Both the position numbers and the translations under genes were made by a program. A stretch of 64,000 nucleotides of DNA, from NCBI GenBank assembly GCA_008080735.1, contig SHMW01000010.1, forward strand, positions 24,976 to 88,975. Reading direction: 5' to 3'. Shown here piece after piece: positions 9,378 through 18,363 of the stretch. This DNA is from Promethearchaeota archaeon. GTDB lineage: Archaea > Asgardarchaeota > Lokiarchaeia > Sigyniarchaeales > SOKP01. Position 1 is the first letter of the stretch. The number at the start of each line of letters is the position of its first letter. A model generated the notes under the pieces. That model was not told where the DNA came from and did not search any database. It saw nothing but the letters and a program-made list of their open reading frames with translations.

Positions 9378-9893
9378 TTATAATTTTTTATCAATTTGCT
9401 CTGTTAGCAACTTGATTGAGGGCCTATCTTCCCTTGTACCAATATATCTCCATGCAATTTTCATTTCCTTTCCAATTAGAAAGGTGGAGGGAATCGCTAA
9501 TTTAGTCTTAAGATAGATTATATCTATGGCGCTTCCAAAGGTATACACATCAAATTTCTTCGCAATCCTCGCTCCTCTGTCAGAAACTAAAGGAAATGTA
9601 TATCCAAACTTACCGGATAATTCTTTTAAATGGTTTTTACTATCACTGGCAATTGCTATAAAGAACACCTTTCGTTTTTGAAATTCAGTTATATTTTTAT
9701 TAATTCTCTCTAAATGTTCTTTGCATGGAACTCAAAATGCGCCTCTAAAGAAATCTAATAGGATACCCCCAGAATCCTTCAAAACTTTTGTAAAATCTAA
9801 AATATTTTCGTTGATATCTACCAGCTGGTCAATAGGGATTTGAGATCCCACTTTTAATCCTTTATCAGAATCTTTATGCTCAATATCATTCAT
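9378..9893 (-). CDS. Peroxiredoxin-like (AhpC/TSA) selenoprotein with a UxxC motif
   Basis: ATG 9893 is in frame with ORF 9378-9668: ...GLKVGSQIP...GGILLDFFRGAF*VPCKEHL...IAIASDS...AIPSTFLIG...EDRP. A single TGA at 9732-9734 sits at the first redox-Cys position; SECIS downstream. Confidence 0.9.
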
Positions 9894-10001
9894 ACAAAAA
9901 GAGATCATGTGGAATGATTTATTTATTCCTTTTTTAAAAAATAACTTAATTATATTGACAGTGATCAGGAAGATAATTCTTATATATTGATGAGAAACCC
10001 T

Positions 10002-10060
10002 TGCAAGGTGGTCAACATAAATCTATAATTTGTATTTATGTCTCATTCCGTTAAAATGCA
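10002..10060 (-). promoter_or_regulatory. SECIS element 3 (3'-UTR of the zinc-ribbon micro-selenoprotein)
   Basis: Minus strand: TGCA...ga ATGAG ACATAAAT ACAAATTATAG ATTTATGT TGAC cacct TGCA. Perfect 8-bp helix, UGAG/UGAC core and an 11-nt loop containing AAA and ending AG. Confidence 0.82.
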
Positions 10061-10073
10061 CAGTATATAGTTT

Positions 10074-10193
10074 TTATCATTTGAAGCTAAAGACCATAAA
10101 ATATTGGATTGATTTTCACAAAGGGCAATAATGATAACCGTTGGTCTTCTTATCCAAATGTAATATTTTTCCGCATTTTTGACAAATTATCAT
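10074..10193 (-). CDS. Putative zinc-ribbon micro-selenoprotein, CxxC...CxxU...U (not in ORF track)
   Basis: Hand translation: MIICQKCGKILHLDKKTNGYHYCPL*KSIQYFMVFSFK* then TAA. TGAs at 10116-10118 and 10077-10079 both align with Cys in paralog 7257-7415; SECIS follows. Confidence 0.8.
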
Positions 10194-10338
10194 ATATTCT
10201 CTAAGAGTGTAAGCTTTTATTCTAAATTAAAAATAAGTTCTATATTTTAAAATATCGATAATTTTATTATCCAAAATAAATAAATGTTGATTAATCCAAA
10301 TTTTTTTCGAAAATATAACTAGAATCTTCTTGATCAAA

Positions 10339-11382
10339 ATGGAATTTGTCCGATATAATGAAGAGAAATATACAGTTGAAAAAGGATTCTTAGATTTAGG
10401 TCTGTTAGGTATAAAAAACTTACGAGAAGTCAAAGGACTAAACAAATTAAAAGATATTTACCACTTGGAATTGAGCTCTAATGAAATTTCTTGTATTGAT
10501 GGTTTAGAGGAACTCACCTCATTAGAAGTTTTAAACTTAGGGAGCAATTCGATCCTAGAAATATCAGGATTAGAGAGTTTAGAAAATTTGGAAGTATTGC
10601 ATCTAATTAGTAATCAGATCGCAGAAATTAAAGGATTAGAAAATCTAAGAAATCTAAAAGAACTCTATTTGCGAGGAAATCAAATTAAGAAAATAATGGG
10701 ATTAGAAAGTCTAAATAAATTGGAAAAATTAGACCTTTCTTGGAATCTTATCAAATCGATAGAAGGATTAGAAAATTTACAGAATTTACAAGTCCTCTGG
10801 ATAGCAGGAAATATAGTCACTCAAATTTCTGGATTAGAACATTTGAGTTCTTTGAAAATCTTAAATTTAGCGGGAAATCAAATACAAAAAATAACGAGTT
10901 TGGATAATCTGGAAGAAATAGAAGAGCTTTATCTAAATAACAATCGGATAAAAAAAATTGAAGGTATGGGGACTCTGAAAAACCTTGAATCACTATGGCT
11001 AAATGGAAATAAAATAAGCAAGATTGAAGGATTGGATAATCTTTCAAATCTAAAACTGTTAAATCTTAAAGAAAACAACTTACCAAGAATTACTGGGTTA
11101 TTAAAACAAAAAAATTTGAAAGAACTTTATTTATCTGGAAATGAGATAGGACATATTTCCGGACTTGAAACTTTAACTAATTTAGAAACGCTCGATCTAA
11201 ACGATAACAATATAAAGAAAATTAATGGCTTAGAAGCTCTAATGAATTTAAATTCCTTATGGATTAAAGGGAACCAACTACCTGAAGATGTATTAGAAAA
11301 ATTAGGGGGCATAGATTCGTCTGGATTTGCGAATGATCCTATTAAATTTGTAGAATATTGTCTAATCAATATTTCCCAATAA
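10339..11382 (+). CDS. Leucine-rich repeat protein (SDS22-like, 22-aa repeats)
   Basis: About 13 tandem LxxLxLxxNxIxxIxGLxxL repeats. Confidence 0.92.
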   Translation: MEFVRYNEEKYTVEKGFLDLGLLGIKNLREVKGLNKLKDIYHLELSSNEISCIDGLEELTSLEVLNLGSNSILEISGLESLENLEVLHLISNQIAEIKGLENLRNLKELYLRGNQIKKIMGLESLNKLEKLDLSWNLIKSIEGLENLQNLQVLWIAGNIVTQISGLEHLSSLKILNLAGNQIQKITSLDNLEEIEELYLNNNRIKKIEGMGTLKNLESLWLNGNKISKIEGLDNLSNLKLLNLKENNLPRITGLLKQKNLKELYLSGNEIGHISGLETLTNLETLDLNDNNIKKINGLEALMNLNSLWIKGNQLPEDVLEKLGGIDSSGFANDPIKFVEYCLINISQ

Positions 11383-11413
11383 AAAGTAGTAAAAAAAAAT
11401 GAAAATGATATCT

Positions 11414-12691
11414 TTATTTATCTCTTTCTTCTTGGATCTCTTCTAAAGTTTGTCCTTTAGTTTCATAAGGTTTTAGGAGTAGAGTAAATAGAGGAACAAT
11501 CATTAATAAGCCCGGAACTATCCAAAATATATTCATTTGAGGATTCAGTATGAACAAAGCTGAAGCACTTAATGGAGCGATAACATAAGAAATTCGAGCC
11601 CCAGTTGCAGCTATTCCTGTCGCCGTGGATCTTATCTCTGTTCTATAAACTTCTGCGAAATAAACCATTATCCAAGTAAACACTACGGGCATAAATAAAT
11701 AACACATCCAGAAAGCCAGAAAATGTCCAATTGTTCCCATTAAGATAAAGCCTGTAATTGAACCAACACACCCAATAATTAAGGTAGCTTTCCTTGATAC
11801 TTTATCCATTAAAACTCCTGAAATTAATGCTCCTACTAAAATCAACAGCCCCCCCACCAATAAAATGGTTTTCCATTCTAACGGCATGGTAGTATTAACC
11901 TTTGTATAGTATGTCTCACCCCAGCTTGTACCGAATTTAAATGCAATTGCCCAGATTCCATAAACAATTGTAGAAATCACGATATAAAGCCCATCCCTTC
12001 TTGTAAGAGATTTAAGAGCTCTTTTAATCTTCATAAGTTCATGACCCCTATCTTCCTTACTCTGAGACCATCTTTTTGGTTCTTTCATGAAATACCACAT
12101 GACCAGTAATCCCAGCATAAAAAAGAAGAAGACACCGTATGTCCATCTCCAACCCAAAGCTGCTTCAATATCTTCTCCAATAAGTGCATAAAGCGGAATT
12201 AAACTGATCAGAGTTGCGATACCACCTAATAAACCACGCTTTTTAGGATTAGCTTCTTCGGATACAGGTATCTCCCACATATTAGAGAGAGTCCCAGTAA
12301 TAACGATTGCATATAAGATATAAAATATCAGCAAATTTATAGCAATAAGAGGCAACAACAGCGAGGGAATACCCATCACTATTAACAACAATAATATCCC
12401 CTTTTTTCTTCCAAATGCATCCGAAAACCATGCAATGAGAAAAACTGAGAATGTTATAATTCCAAAGATCCCTTGCCAAAAGGCAAATTCAGCCTCTGTT
12501 ATTCCGAACTCATCTATTATACCAGCAATCGCAACGGCTTCCATTAAGTTTAAATTATTATCCATAAGTCCAACTAATCCCATAAAAATAACGATGTACC
12601 ATTGATATTTGCTCGAACGTTGAAATTCTTTGTCTTTTTGTTCCATCTCTTTTTTCTTTGCTAAAGCATCAATTTTTCCAATTTCAGACAT
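11414..12691 (-). CDS. MFS transporter
   Basis: Multiple TM helices; SDAFGRK motif A, EEANPKKRG, AEVYRTEIRSTA, ETKGQTLEEI. Confidence 0.9.
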   Translation of the reverse strand: MSEIGKIDALAKKKEMEQKDKEFQRSSKYQWYIVIFMGLVGLMDNNLNLMEAVAIAGIIDEFGITEAEFAFWQGIFGIITFSVFLIAWFSDAFGRKKGILLLLIVMGIPSLLLPLIAINLLIFYILYAIVITGTLSNMWEIPVSEEANPKKRGLLGGIATLISLIPLYALIGEDIEAALGWRWTYGVFFFFMLGLLVMWYFMKEPKRWSQSKEDRGHELMKIKRALKSLTRRDGLYIVISTIVYGIWAIAFKFGTSWGETYYTKVNTTMPLEWKTILLVGGLLILVGALISGVLMDKVSRKATLIIGCVGSITGFILMGTIGHFLAFWMCYLFMPVVFTWIMVYFAEVYRTEIRSTATGIAATGARISYVIAPLSASALFILNPQMNIFWIVPGLLMIVPLFTLLLKPYETKGQTLEEIQEERDK

Positions 12692-12897
12692 AGATTTGAT
12701 CTATCTAACTTTTATTTTTCAATTATGAATTTTTCAACATTAGTATTTATAAGTTTTTTCTTTCAGATGTGTTATCAAATTTCTCTTAATAAATATTTCC
12801 TATCGAAAAAAATCTGTAGATTAAAATAATTTAATTTCATCTTAGATTTATTAAATTTAAGAAAAAAAAAATTAGTATAAATTTTTAAATATTTTTA

Positions 12898-14163
12898 CTA
12901 TCTATCTCTCTCGATTTCTTCGAGTGATTGACCTTTAGTTTCATAAGGCTTTATCAATAAGGATAGCATCGGTATAAGAATTATTATTCCTGCAACAATC
13001 CATAATGAAAACATACCTGGGTCTAAAGAAAATAATCCAAATGCAATTAAAGGTGCTGTAACGTATGATGATCTTGCTGCTGTGTTTGTAATTCCTACAG
13101 CTGTGGATCTTATTCTAGTTGGGAAGATTTCTCCGAAATAGACCATTATCCATGCTAATACTATTGGCATAAACAAGTAAATCATCCAGAAAAATATAGG
13201 AATTTGGGTTATGCCCAAAAAGAAGAAACCTATCGCTGCACCAATGCAGCCTACTAATAAGGTTCCAATTCTTCCTAATTTATCAAGTAACAATCCACCA
13301 ATACCAGCACCGACCATAGTTAGTAAACCTCCTATTGTTAAATAAGTATCAAATGTATCATCTGAAATTCCCACGATATCCGTATAAAATTCTCCACCCC
13401 AGCTAGTCCCCATTTTGAACGATATTGACCAGAGAGTATATACAATAGCGGATATAAGTACATAAACCCCATCTTTGCGTGTCATTGATTTTATTGCATC
13501 TCTTATTTTTAAATATTTCCCTCCATGATCCTCTTTCCTACTTCGTTTCCATCTTTCAGTCTCATTCATAAAATAAAGAGGAATAAGAAGTATTAAGAAT
13601 AAGAAAAACATTATTCCATATGCCCAATACCATCCAATGGAATTAGCTATTGGTCCAGCAACAAATGCATATATAGGTATTAAGCCTATAAGGAATGTTA
13701 AGCCCCCGTATAATCCACGTTTTTTTGGGGGAGATTCTTCAGTTATAGGAATTTGCCATGCATTTGATTGAGTCGCCATTATTGAAATTCCATACATAGT
13801 CATTACAAAAAAGAAATTCCAAGGAAGCAATCCTATAAAAAGACAAGGAATTGCTAATGTAGCCATAAGTAATAAGATACCTTTTCTTCTACCAAAAGCA
13901 TCAAAGAACCATGCAATAAAGAAAACACTGAATGAGATTATTCCAAAAATTGATTGCCAAAATGCGAATAAATCTTTATTTAACCATGGATAAAAATCTA
14001 TGATCTCCGGTATTATCCTAGATTCAACGAGTGAAATAAAATTGTCCATGTTCCCAACTAAACCCATAAAAATCACTAGAAAAATCATATAGCTACGAGA
14101 TCTTGGTTCAAAAGTTTTTAGTTCTTCTTCTTTTTTTTTTGCTAAAGCATCTAATTTTACCAT
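12898..14163 (-). CDS. MFS transporter, tandem paralog of 11414-12691
   Basis: DAFGRRK, EESPPKKRG, GEIFPTRIRSTA, ETKGQSLEEI; colinear with its neighbour. Confidence 0.9.
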   Translation of the reverse strand: MVKLDALAKKKEEELKTFEPRSRSYMIFLVIFMGLVGNMDNFISLVESRIIPEIIDFYPWLNKDLFAFWQSIFGIISFSVFFIAWFFDAFGRRKGILLLMATLAIPCLFIGLLPWNFFFVMTMYGISIMATQSNAWQIPITEESPPKKRGLYGGLTFLIGLIPIYAFVAGPIANSIGWYWAYGIMFFLFLILLIPLYFMNETERWKRSRKEDHGGKYLKIRDAIKSMTRKDGVYVLISAIVYTLWSISFKMGTSWGGEFYTDIVGISDDTFDTYLTIGGLLTMVGAGIGGLLLDKLGRIGTLLVGCIGAAIGFFFLGITQIPIFFWMIYLFMPIVLAWIMVYFGEIFPTRIRSTAVGITNTAARSSYVTAPLIAFGLFSLDPGMFSLWIVAGIIILIPMLSLLIKPYETKGQSLEEIERDR

Positions 14164-14474
14164 AGATTCATTTTTCAACTTAAAACTATATAAATGTTTT
14201 TCTTTTTTGAATAAAAATTAGAAATAATGAGTATATTATATCTGAAATTTTCAAATAAAATACCAATTGACTTAAAAATGTCTGAGAAATTTTAAATTAA
14301 ACAGAATATATGAACGGACACTCGTATAAATTATTCCTAAGCTTAAGATTATATTAATAGACTGATTTTGTCGAAGATTCGCTTTTGGATTCTAAATTTA
14401 TGATTGTATAAATACTACTAATTTTATTAGGAACAAAGATATATCTTTCATAATACCCTAGCGAGGTATTTGAT

Positions 14475-15740
14475 GTGAAAAATAATAAAGTAAAAATCAA
14501 TCCATGGAAAAGCGCGAAAAAAAAACTTAAAATCGCCGCACGAGAATTACGTATGGATCCTAATACATTAAATTATCTAAATAAAGTGGAGCGTATCTTA
14601 TCTGTGTCAATTCCGATTCTCATGGATGACGGCACTTTAGAAATTTTTGAGGGATTTCGGTGTCATCACAGCACATTAAGGGGACCCGCGAAGGGTGGTG
14701 TGCGCTATTCCCCTAATGTCAACATAGATGAGATAAAAGCATTAGCTTTTTTAATGACGTGCAAGACAGCACTTCTAAATCTGCCCTTAGGAGGATCTAA
14801 AGGGGGAATTCGGGTAGATCCAAAACAATTGTCGAAAAAAGAATTAGAACGATTAACACGTCGCTATACTGCCGAAATTATTAATGTTATTGGCCCCGAT
14901 TTAGATATCCCCGCACCAGATATGGGTACAGATGAACAAATTATGGCGTGGATATTTGACACGTATTCTATGCAGAAAGGGCATCCAGTTCCTGGTGTCT
15001 GTACAGGAAAACCCCCCGAGATAGGGGGATCTGTGGGAAGAACAGGAGCAGTTGGCACGGGAATGTTCTATGTGCTTGAGGAATTTTGCAGGAGAAAAAA
15101 CTTAGATATCAGATCTATGTCTGTTGCAATTCAGGGATTTGGAAAGGTTGGAAAGGAAATTGCTAAAAAATTATATGATTCAGGATGTAAAATTGTAGCA
15201 GTAAGCGACACTAAAGGAGCGATTCTTGATCAAGAGGGACTTAATATAGATGATGTTATAGGGTGCAAGAATTCGGGAAATCCAGTGATTGAGTTTGAAT
15301 CTAGAAATGGAGAACAAATTACTAATAAAGATTTATTAGCTATGAAATGTGATATTCTATGCCCTTGTGCTACGGAAAACCAATTATATTCTGGAAACGC
15401 CGATGATGTCAAAGCACAAATAATTCTTGAGGGAGCTAATAGCCCTTCAACATCAAAGGCAGATAAGATATTTGAAGAAAAGGAAATTTGGGTTATTCCG
15501 GATATTTTAGCAAATAGTGGTGGGGTATGTATTAGTTATTTCGAATATGTACAAGATATCCAATCATATTCATGGGATTTGGAGAGAATTAATCGAGAAA
15601 TGAGAACTGTGCTTTTAAAAGCTTTCGAGGAGGTATATAACTTATCTTTAGAAAGACGAATCTCTTTAAGAACTGCGGCATACATGATAGCGGGCAATAG
15701 ATTAGCAAAAGCACATGAATGGAGGGATCTTTTTCCATAA
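14475..15740 (+). CDS. gdhA: Glu/Leu/Phe/Val dehydrogenase (glutamate dehydrogenase), paralog 1
   Basis: GPAKGGVRY, LPLGGSKGG, DIPAPD, QGFGKVG, PDILANSGGV; GAGGT RBS before the GTG start. Confidence 0.9.
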   Translation: MKNNKVKINPWKSAKKKLKIAARELRMDPNTLNYLNKVERILSVSIPILMDDGTLEIFEGFRCHHSTLRGPAKGGVRYSPNVNIDEIKALAFLMTCKTALLNLPLGGSKGGIRVDPKQLSKKELERLTRRYTAEIINVIGPDLDIPAPDMGTDEQIMAWIFDTYSMQKGHPVPGVCTGKPPEIGGSVGRTGAVGTGMFYVLEEFCRRKNLDIRSMSVAIQGFGKVGKEIAKKLYDSGCKIVAVSDTKGAILDQEGLNIDDVIGCKNSGNPVIEFESRNGEQITNKDLLAMKCDILCPCATENQLYSGNADDVKAQIILEGANSPSTSKADKIFEEKEIWVIPDILANSGGVCISYFEYVQDIQSYSWDLERINREMRTVLLKAFEEVYNLSLERRISLRTAAYMIAGNRLAKAHEWRDLFP

Positions 15741-15764
15741 AAATTATGAGAGGGGATTATAAAT

Positions 15765-17015
15765 ATGAGTATGAATCCATTTGAAATGGCTCAAAAACAA
15801 ATAGACCTTGTTGCGGAATATATAGATATCGATTCTAATATTCTTAGATTTATAAAACGAGTTGAGAGAGTACTAATGGTGTCTATTCCAATAATAATGG
15901 ACGATGGAAGGTTGCAAATTTTTAAAGGGTATAGAGCACAACATTCAACCGTACGAGGAGCGGGAAAAGGAGGAATAAGATACTCTCCCGAAGTGAGCTT
16001 AGATGAGGTGAAAGCATTAGCTACATGGATGACTTGGAAAACGAGTCTATTAAATTTACCATTAGGAGGAGCAAAAGGAGGGGTATTATGTGACCCCGCA
16101 AATTTATCTAAAAATGAAATTCAGCGCATTACAAGGAGGTACACCTCAGAAATAATAAACATAATTGGGCCACATTTAGATATTCCAGCGCCTGATGTCA
16201 ATACAAATAAGGAGATTATGGGGTGGATTATGGACACCTACTCAATGAATAAAGGACGTCCAGTCCCTGGAGTCGTGACTGGAAAGCCTATCGAAATCGG
16301 TGGTTCAGTTGGCAGACAATCTGCGACGGGAACAGGTCTTTTTTTTGTTTTAGAGGCTTTATGTCATAAATTAAATCGGGATTTGAAAGACCAAGAGATA
16401 GTCGTGCAGGGTTTCGGAAATGTGGGAGGAACTATTGCAGAATTGTTATATGAGAAAGGATGTAAGGTCTTAGCGATTTCAGATATCTCAGGAGGACTTT
16501 ATTCAAATGAGGGGTTAAACATAAATGAGTTAATTGAATGGAGAGACAAAGGGAAATCATTAAAGGAATATCCTAATGATCATTATAAGAAAATTTCGAA
16601 CAATGACCTCCTTACAACTGAATGTGATGTTTTAATACCTGCTGCGGTTGAGAATCAAATTACTATTGACAATGCGGGAGATCTTAAATGCGATATAGTC
16701 TTGGAAGGTGCGAACGGTCCAACCACTCCAGAAGCGGATGAGATTTTAAATAATAACAATATTTTGGTGATTCCCGACATACTTGCGAACTCAGGAGGCG
16801 TATGCGTCAGTTATTTTGAATATATCCAAGATACCAGTTCCTACTTTTGGAGCTTAGAACGTATTAATAAGGAGTTAAAAAAAATTATATTAAATGCTTT
16901 TGAGGAGGTATGGACAATTTCACAAGAAAAACAAATTACCCCCAGAATTGCCGCATATATAATCGCTGTAAACCGAGTAGCAAAAGCTGTTGAATTAAGA
17001 GGTTTTTATCCTTAA
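15765..17015 (+). CDS. gdhA: Glu/Leu/Phe/Val dehydrogenase (glutamate dehydrogenase), paralog 2
   Basis: GAGKGGIRY, MTWK, LPLGGAKGG, DIPAPD, QGFGNVG, EGANGP. Confidence 0.92.
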   Translation: MSMNPFEMAQKQIDLVAEYIDIDSNILRFIKRVERVLMVSIPIIMDDGRLQIFKGYRAQHSTVRGAGKGGIRYSPEVSLDEVKALATWMTWKTSLLNLPLGGAKGGVLCDPANLSKNEIQRITRRYTSEIINIIGPHLDIPAPDVNTNKEIMGWIMDTYSMNKGRPVPGVVTGKPIEIGGSVGRQSATGTGLFFVLEALCHKLNRDLKDQEIVVQGFGNVGGTIAELLYEKGCKVLAISDISGGLYSNEGLNINELIEWRDKGKSLKEYPNDHYKKISNNDLLTTECDVLIPAAVENQITIDNAGDLKCDIVLEGANGPTTPEADEILNNNNILVIPDILANSGGVCVSYFEYIQDTSSYFWSLERINKELKKIILNAFEEVWTISQEKQITPRIAAYIIAVNRVAKAVELRGFYP

Positions 17016-17128
17016 ATTCGCGAACTAATGTCAAGAATTTTAGCTTCTCAGAGGGATAGCAAAATATAAATAATTTAATTTTTATTATTTACTAAAAAAG
17101 TGCTGATAGCATAAAAGACCAGAGCGTT

Positions 17129-17467
17129 ATGAGCTTTTTTCCATTTATTGACTTTACCGGACCATTTATAATATTTGCCATAATTGGGATTGCCATATTT
17201 GTTATTTTTATCGTAATCATTATTGTCATTTTAAAATCCATATTCTCCAATAATAATTACAGTTCCAAAACATCGAGCACTCACCAGCCTTACGAACCTC
17301 AAGATCCTACACAAGTTTTAAATCCATATAGGGCAAAACCAGAAAAAATTGAAAAGGAAAAAGAGAAAAAAGAAGCTTCCAAAGAACAACATAAATTCTG
17401 TCCTTTCTGTGGCGATAAAATACCCACAAATGCAAAATTCTGTCCTTCTTGTGGGACTAAACAATAA
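17129..17467 (+). CDS. Single-TM protein with C-terminal zinc ribbon
   Basis: Hydrophobic N-terminus; FCPFCG...AKFCPSCG. Confidence 0.8.
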   Translation: MSFFPFIDFTGPFIIFAIIGIAIFVIFIVIIIVILKSIFSNNNYSSKTSSTHQPYEPQDPTQVLNPYRAKPEKIEKEKEKKEASKEQHKFCPFCGDKIPTNAKFCPSCGTKQ

Positions 17468-17573
17468 CTTTTTCTATAATTGCTTGTTCTTTTTTAAAAC
17501 TTTTATTATAAATTTCTTAATTTTAATATTCTTTAATCCTCTAAATTTAATGGCACAAGTAGCTTTAAGAAAA

Positions 17574-18347
17574 TCAATAATCTAGAGAAAATAATTTGGT
17601 TATAATAGAATCGACCGAAGCGAGGGATTGAGCGTTCTCTGGTAGATCTATAAGTGGCTTTCCTTGTAGATCAAATTGAGATATTATCTCATCATCTGGG
17701 ATTTTTCCAATCACTTGTAAGTCCAACCTTGCAATATGATCCGTTAGAGTTTGAAAACTTCCCTTGACCTTGTTCAGAATTAATCCGATATACCTGGAGC
17801 TTGTAAATCTTTGTGCCGATTCTTTTATTGAACTCGCGGTCTTTATCCCTCTGACGGACATATCTGATATGATTAATACAATATCTACATTTCTTATCAC
17901 TTTACGATTTATTTGCTCTAAACCTGCCTCACAATCAATTAATATGAAATCATAATCTTTAGAAATAGAATCTATAACATTTCTTAAAAGATTATTCAAC
18001 GGACAAAAACATCCTTCAATTTTGGGTTGACCAATAGATAAGACTCCAAAAGATTTCGTCTCTTTCACGATATTATAGATTTTATAATCAATATTACGAG
18101 CAATTTTATCCACTTCTAAGGTTCTATTTATTGATTCTTCAATTATTTCCGTTCTCACATCCTCAATGGTTTTTTCGGGAATCAGATTAACCATATAACT
18201 GAGATGTGGATGTGTGGGATCAGCATCTATTAGGAGGAGTTTTTTATTATATTTCTCAGATAACAATTTCGCCAATAGTGTAGTCGTCACACTTTTTCCA
18301 GACCCACCTTTACCCGTAATTGCAATAATTTTTGGACCAATTTCCAT
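17574..18347 (-). CDS. cooC: CooC/AcsF-type nickel-insertion ATPase
   Basis: Deviant Walker A GKGGSGKS, IDADP, GCFCP metal motif, DCEAGLEQINR. Confidence 0.82.
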   Translation of the reverse strand: MEIGPKIIAITGKGGSGKSVTTTLLAKLLSEKYNKKLLLIDADPTHPHLSYMVNLIPEKTIEDVRTEIIEESINRTLEVDKIARNIDYKIYNIVKETKSFGVLSIGQPKIEGCFCPLNNLLRNVIDSISKDYDFILIDCEAGLEQINRKVIRNVDIVLIISDMSVRGIKTASSIKESAQRFTSSRYIGLILNKVKGSFQTLTDHIARLDLQVIGKIPDDEIISQFDLQGKPLIDLPENAQSLASVDSIITKLFSLDY

Positions 18348-18363
18348 TTCATATCCTACTCTT

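Noticed and set aside
8600-9893. Reading the two Prx-like genes as pseudogenes, or the genome as using TGA=Trp
   Set aside because: The TGAs fall at redox-Cys positions with SECIS hairpins downstream, Trp is encoded by TGG next to them, and TGA is a normal stop in many other genes here (for example 51315, 52178, 55565)
10227-10445. Track ORF of 72 aa (minus strand)
   Set aside because: Antisense to the LRR gene and its AT-rich promoter, with no motifs
10339-11300. 66-bp periodicity resembling a repeat array or CRISPR
   Set aside because: Explained by the 22-aa LRR coding repeats; there are no identical repeats separated by spacers
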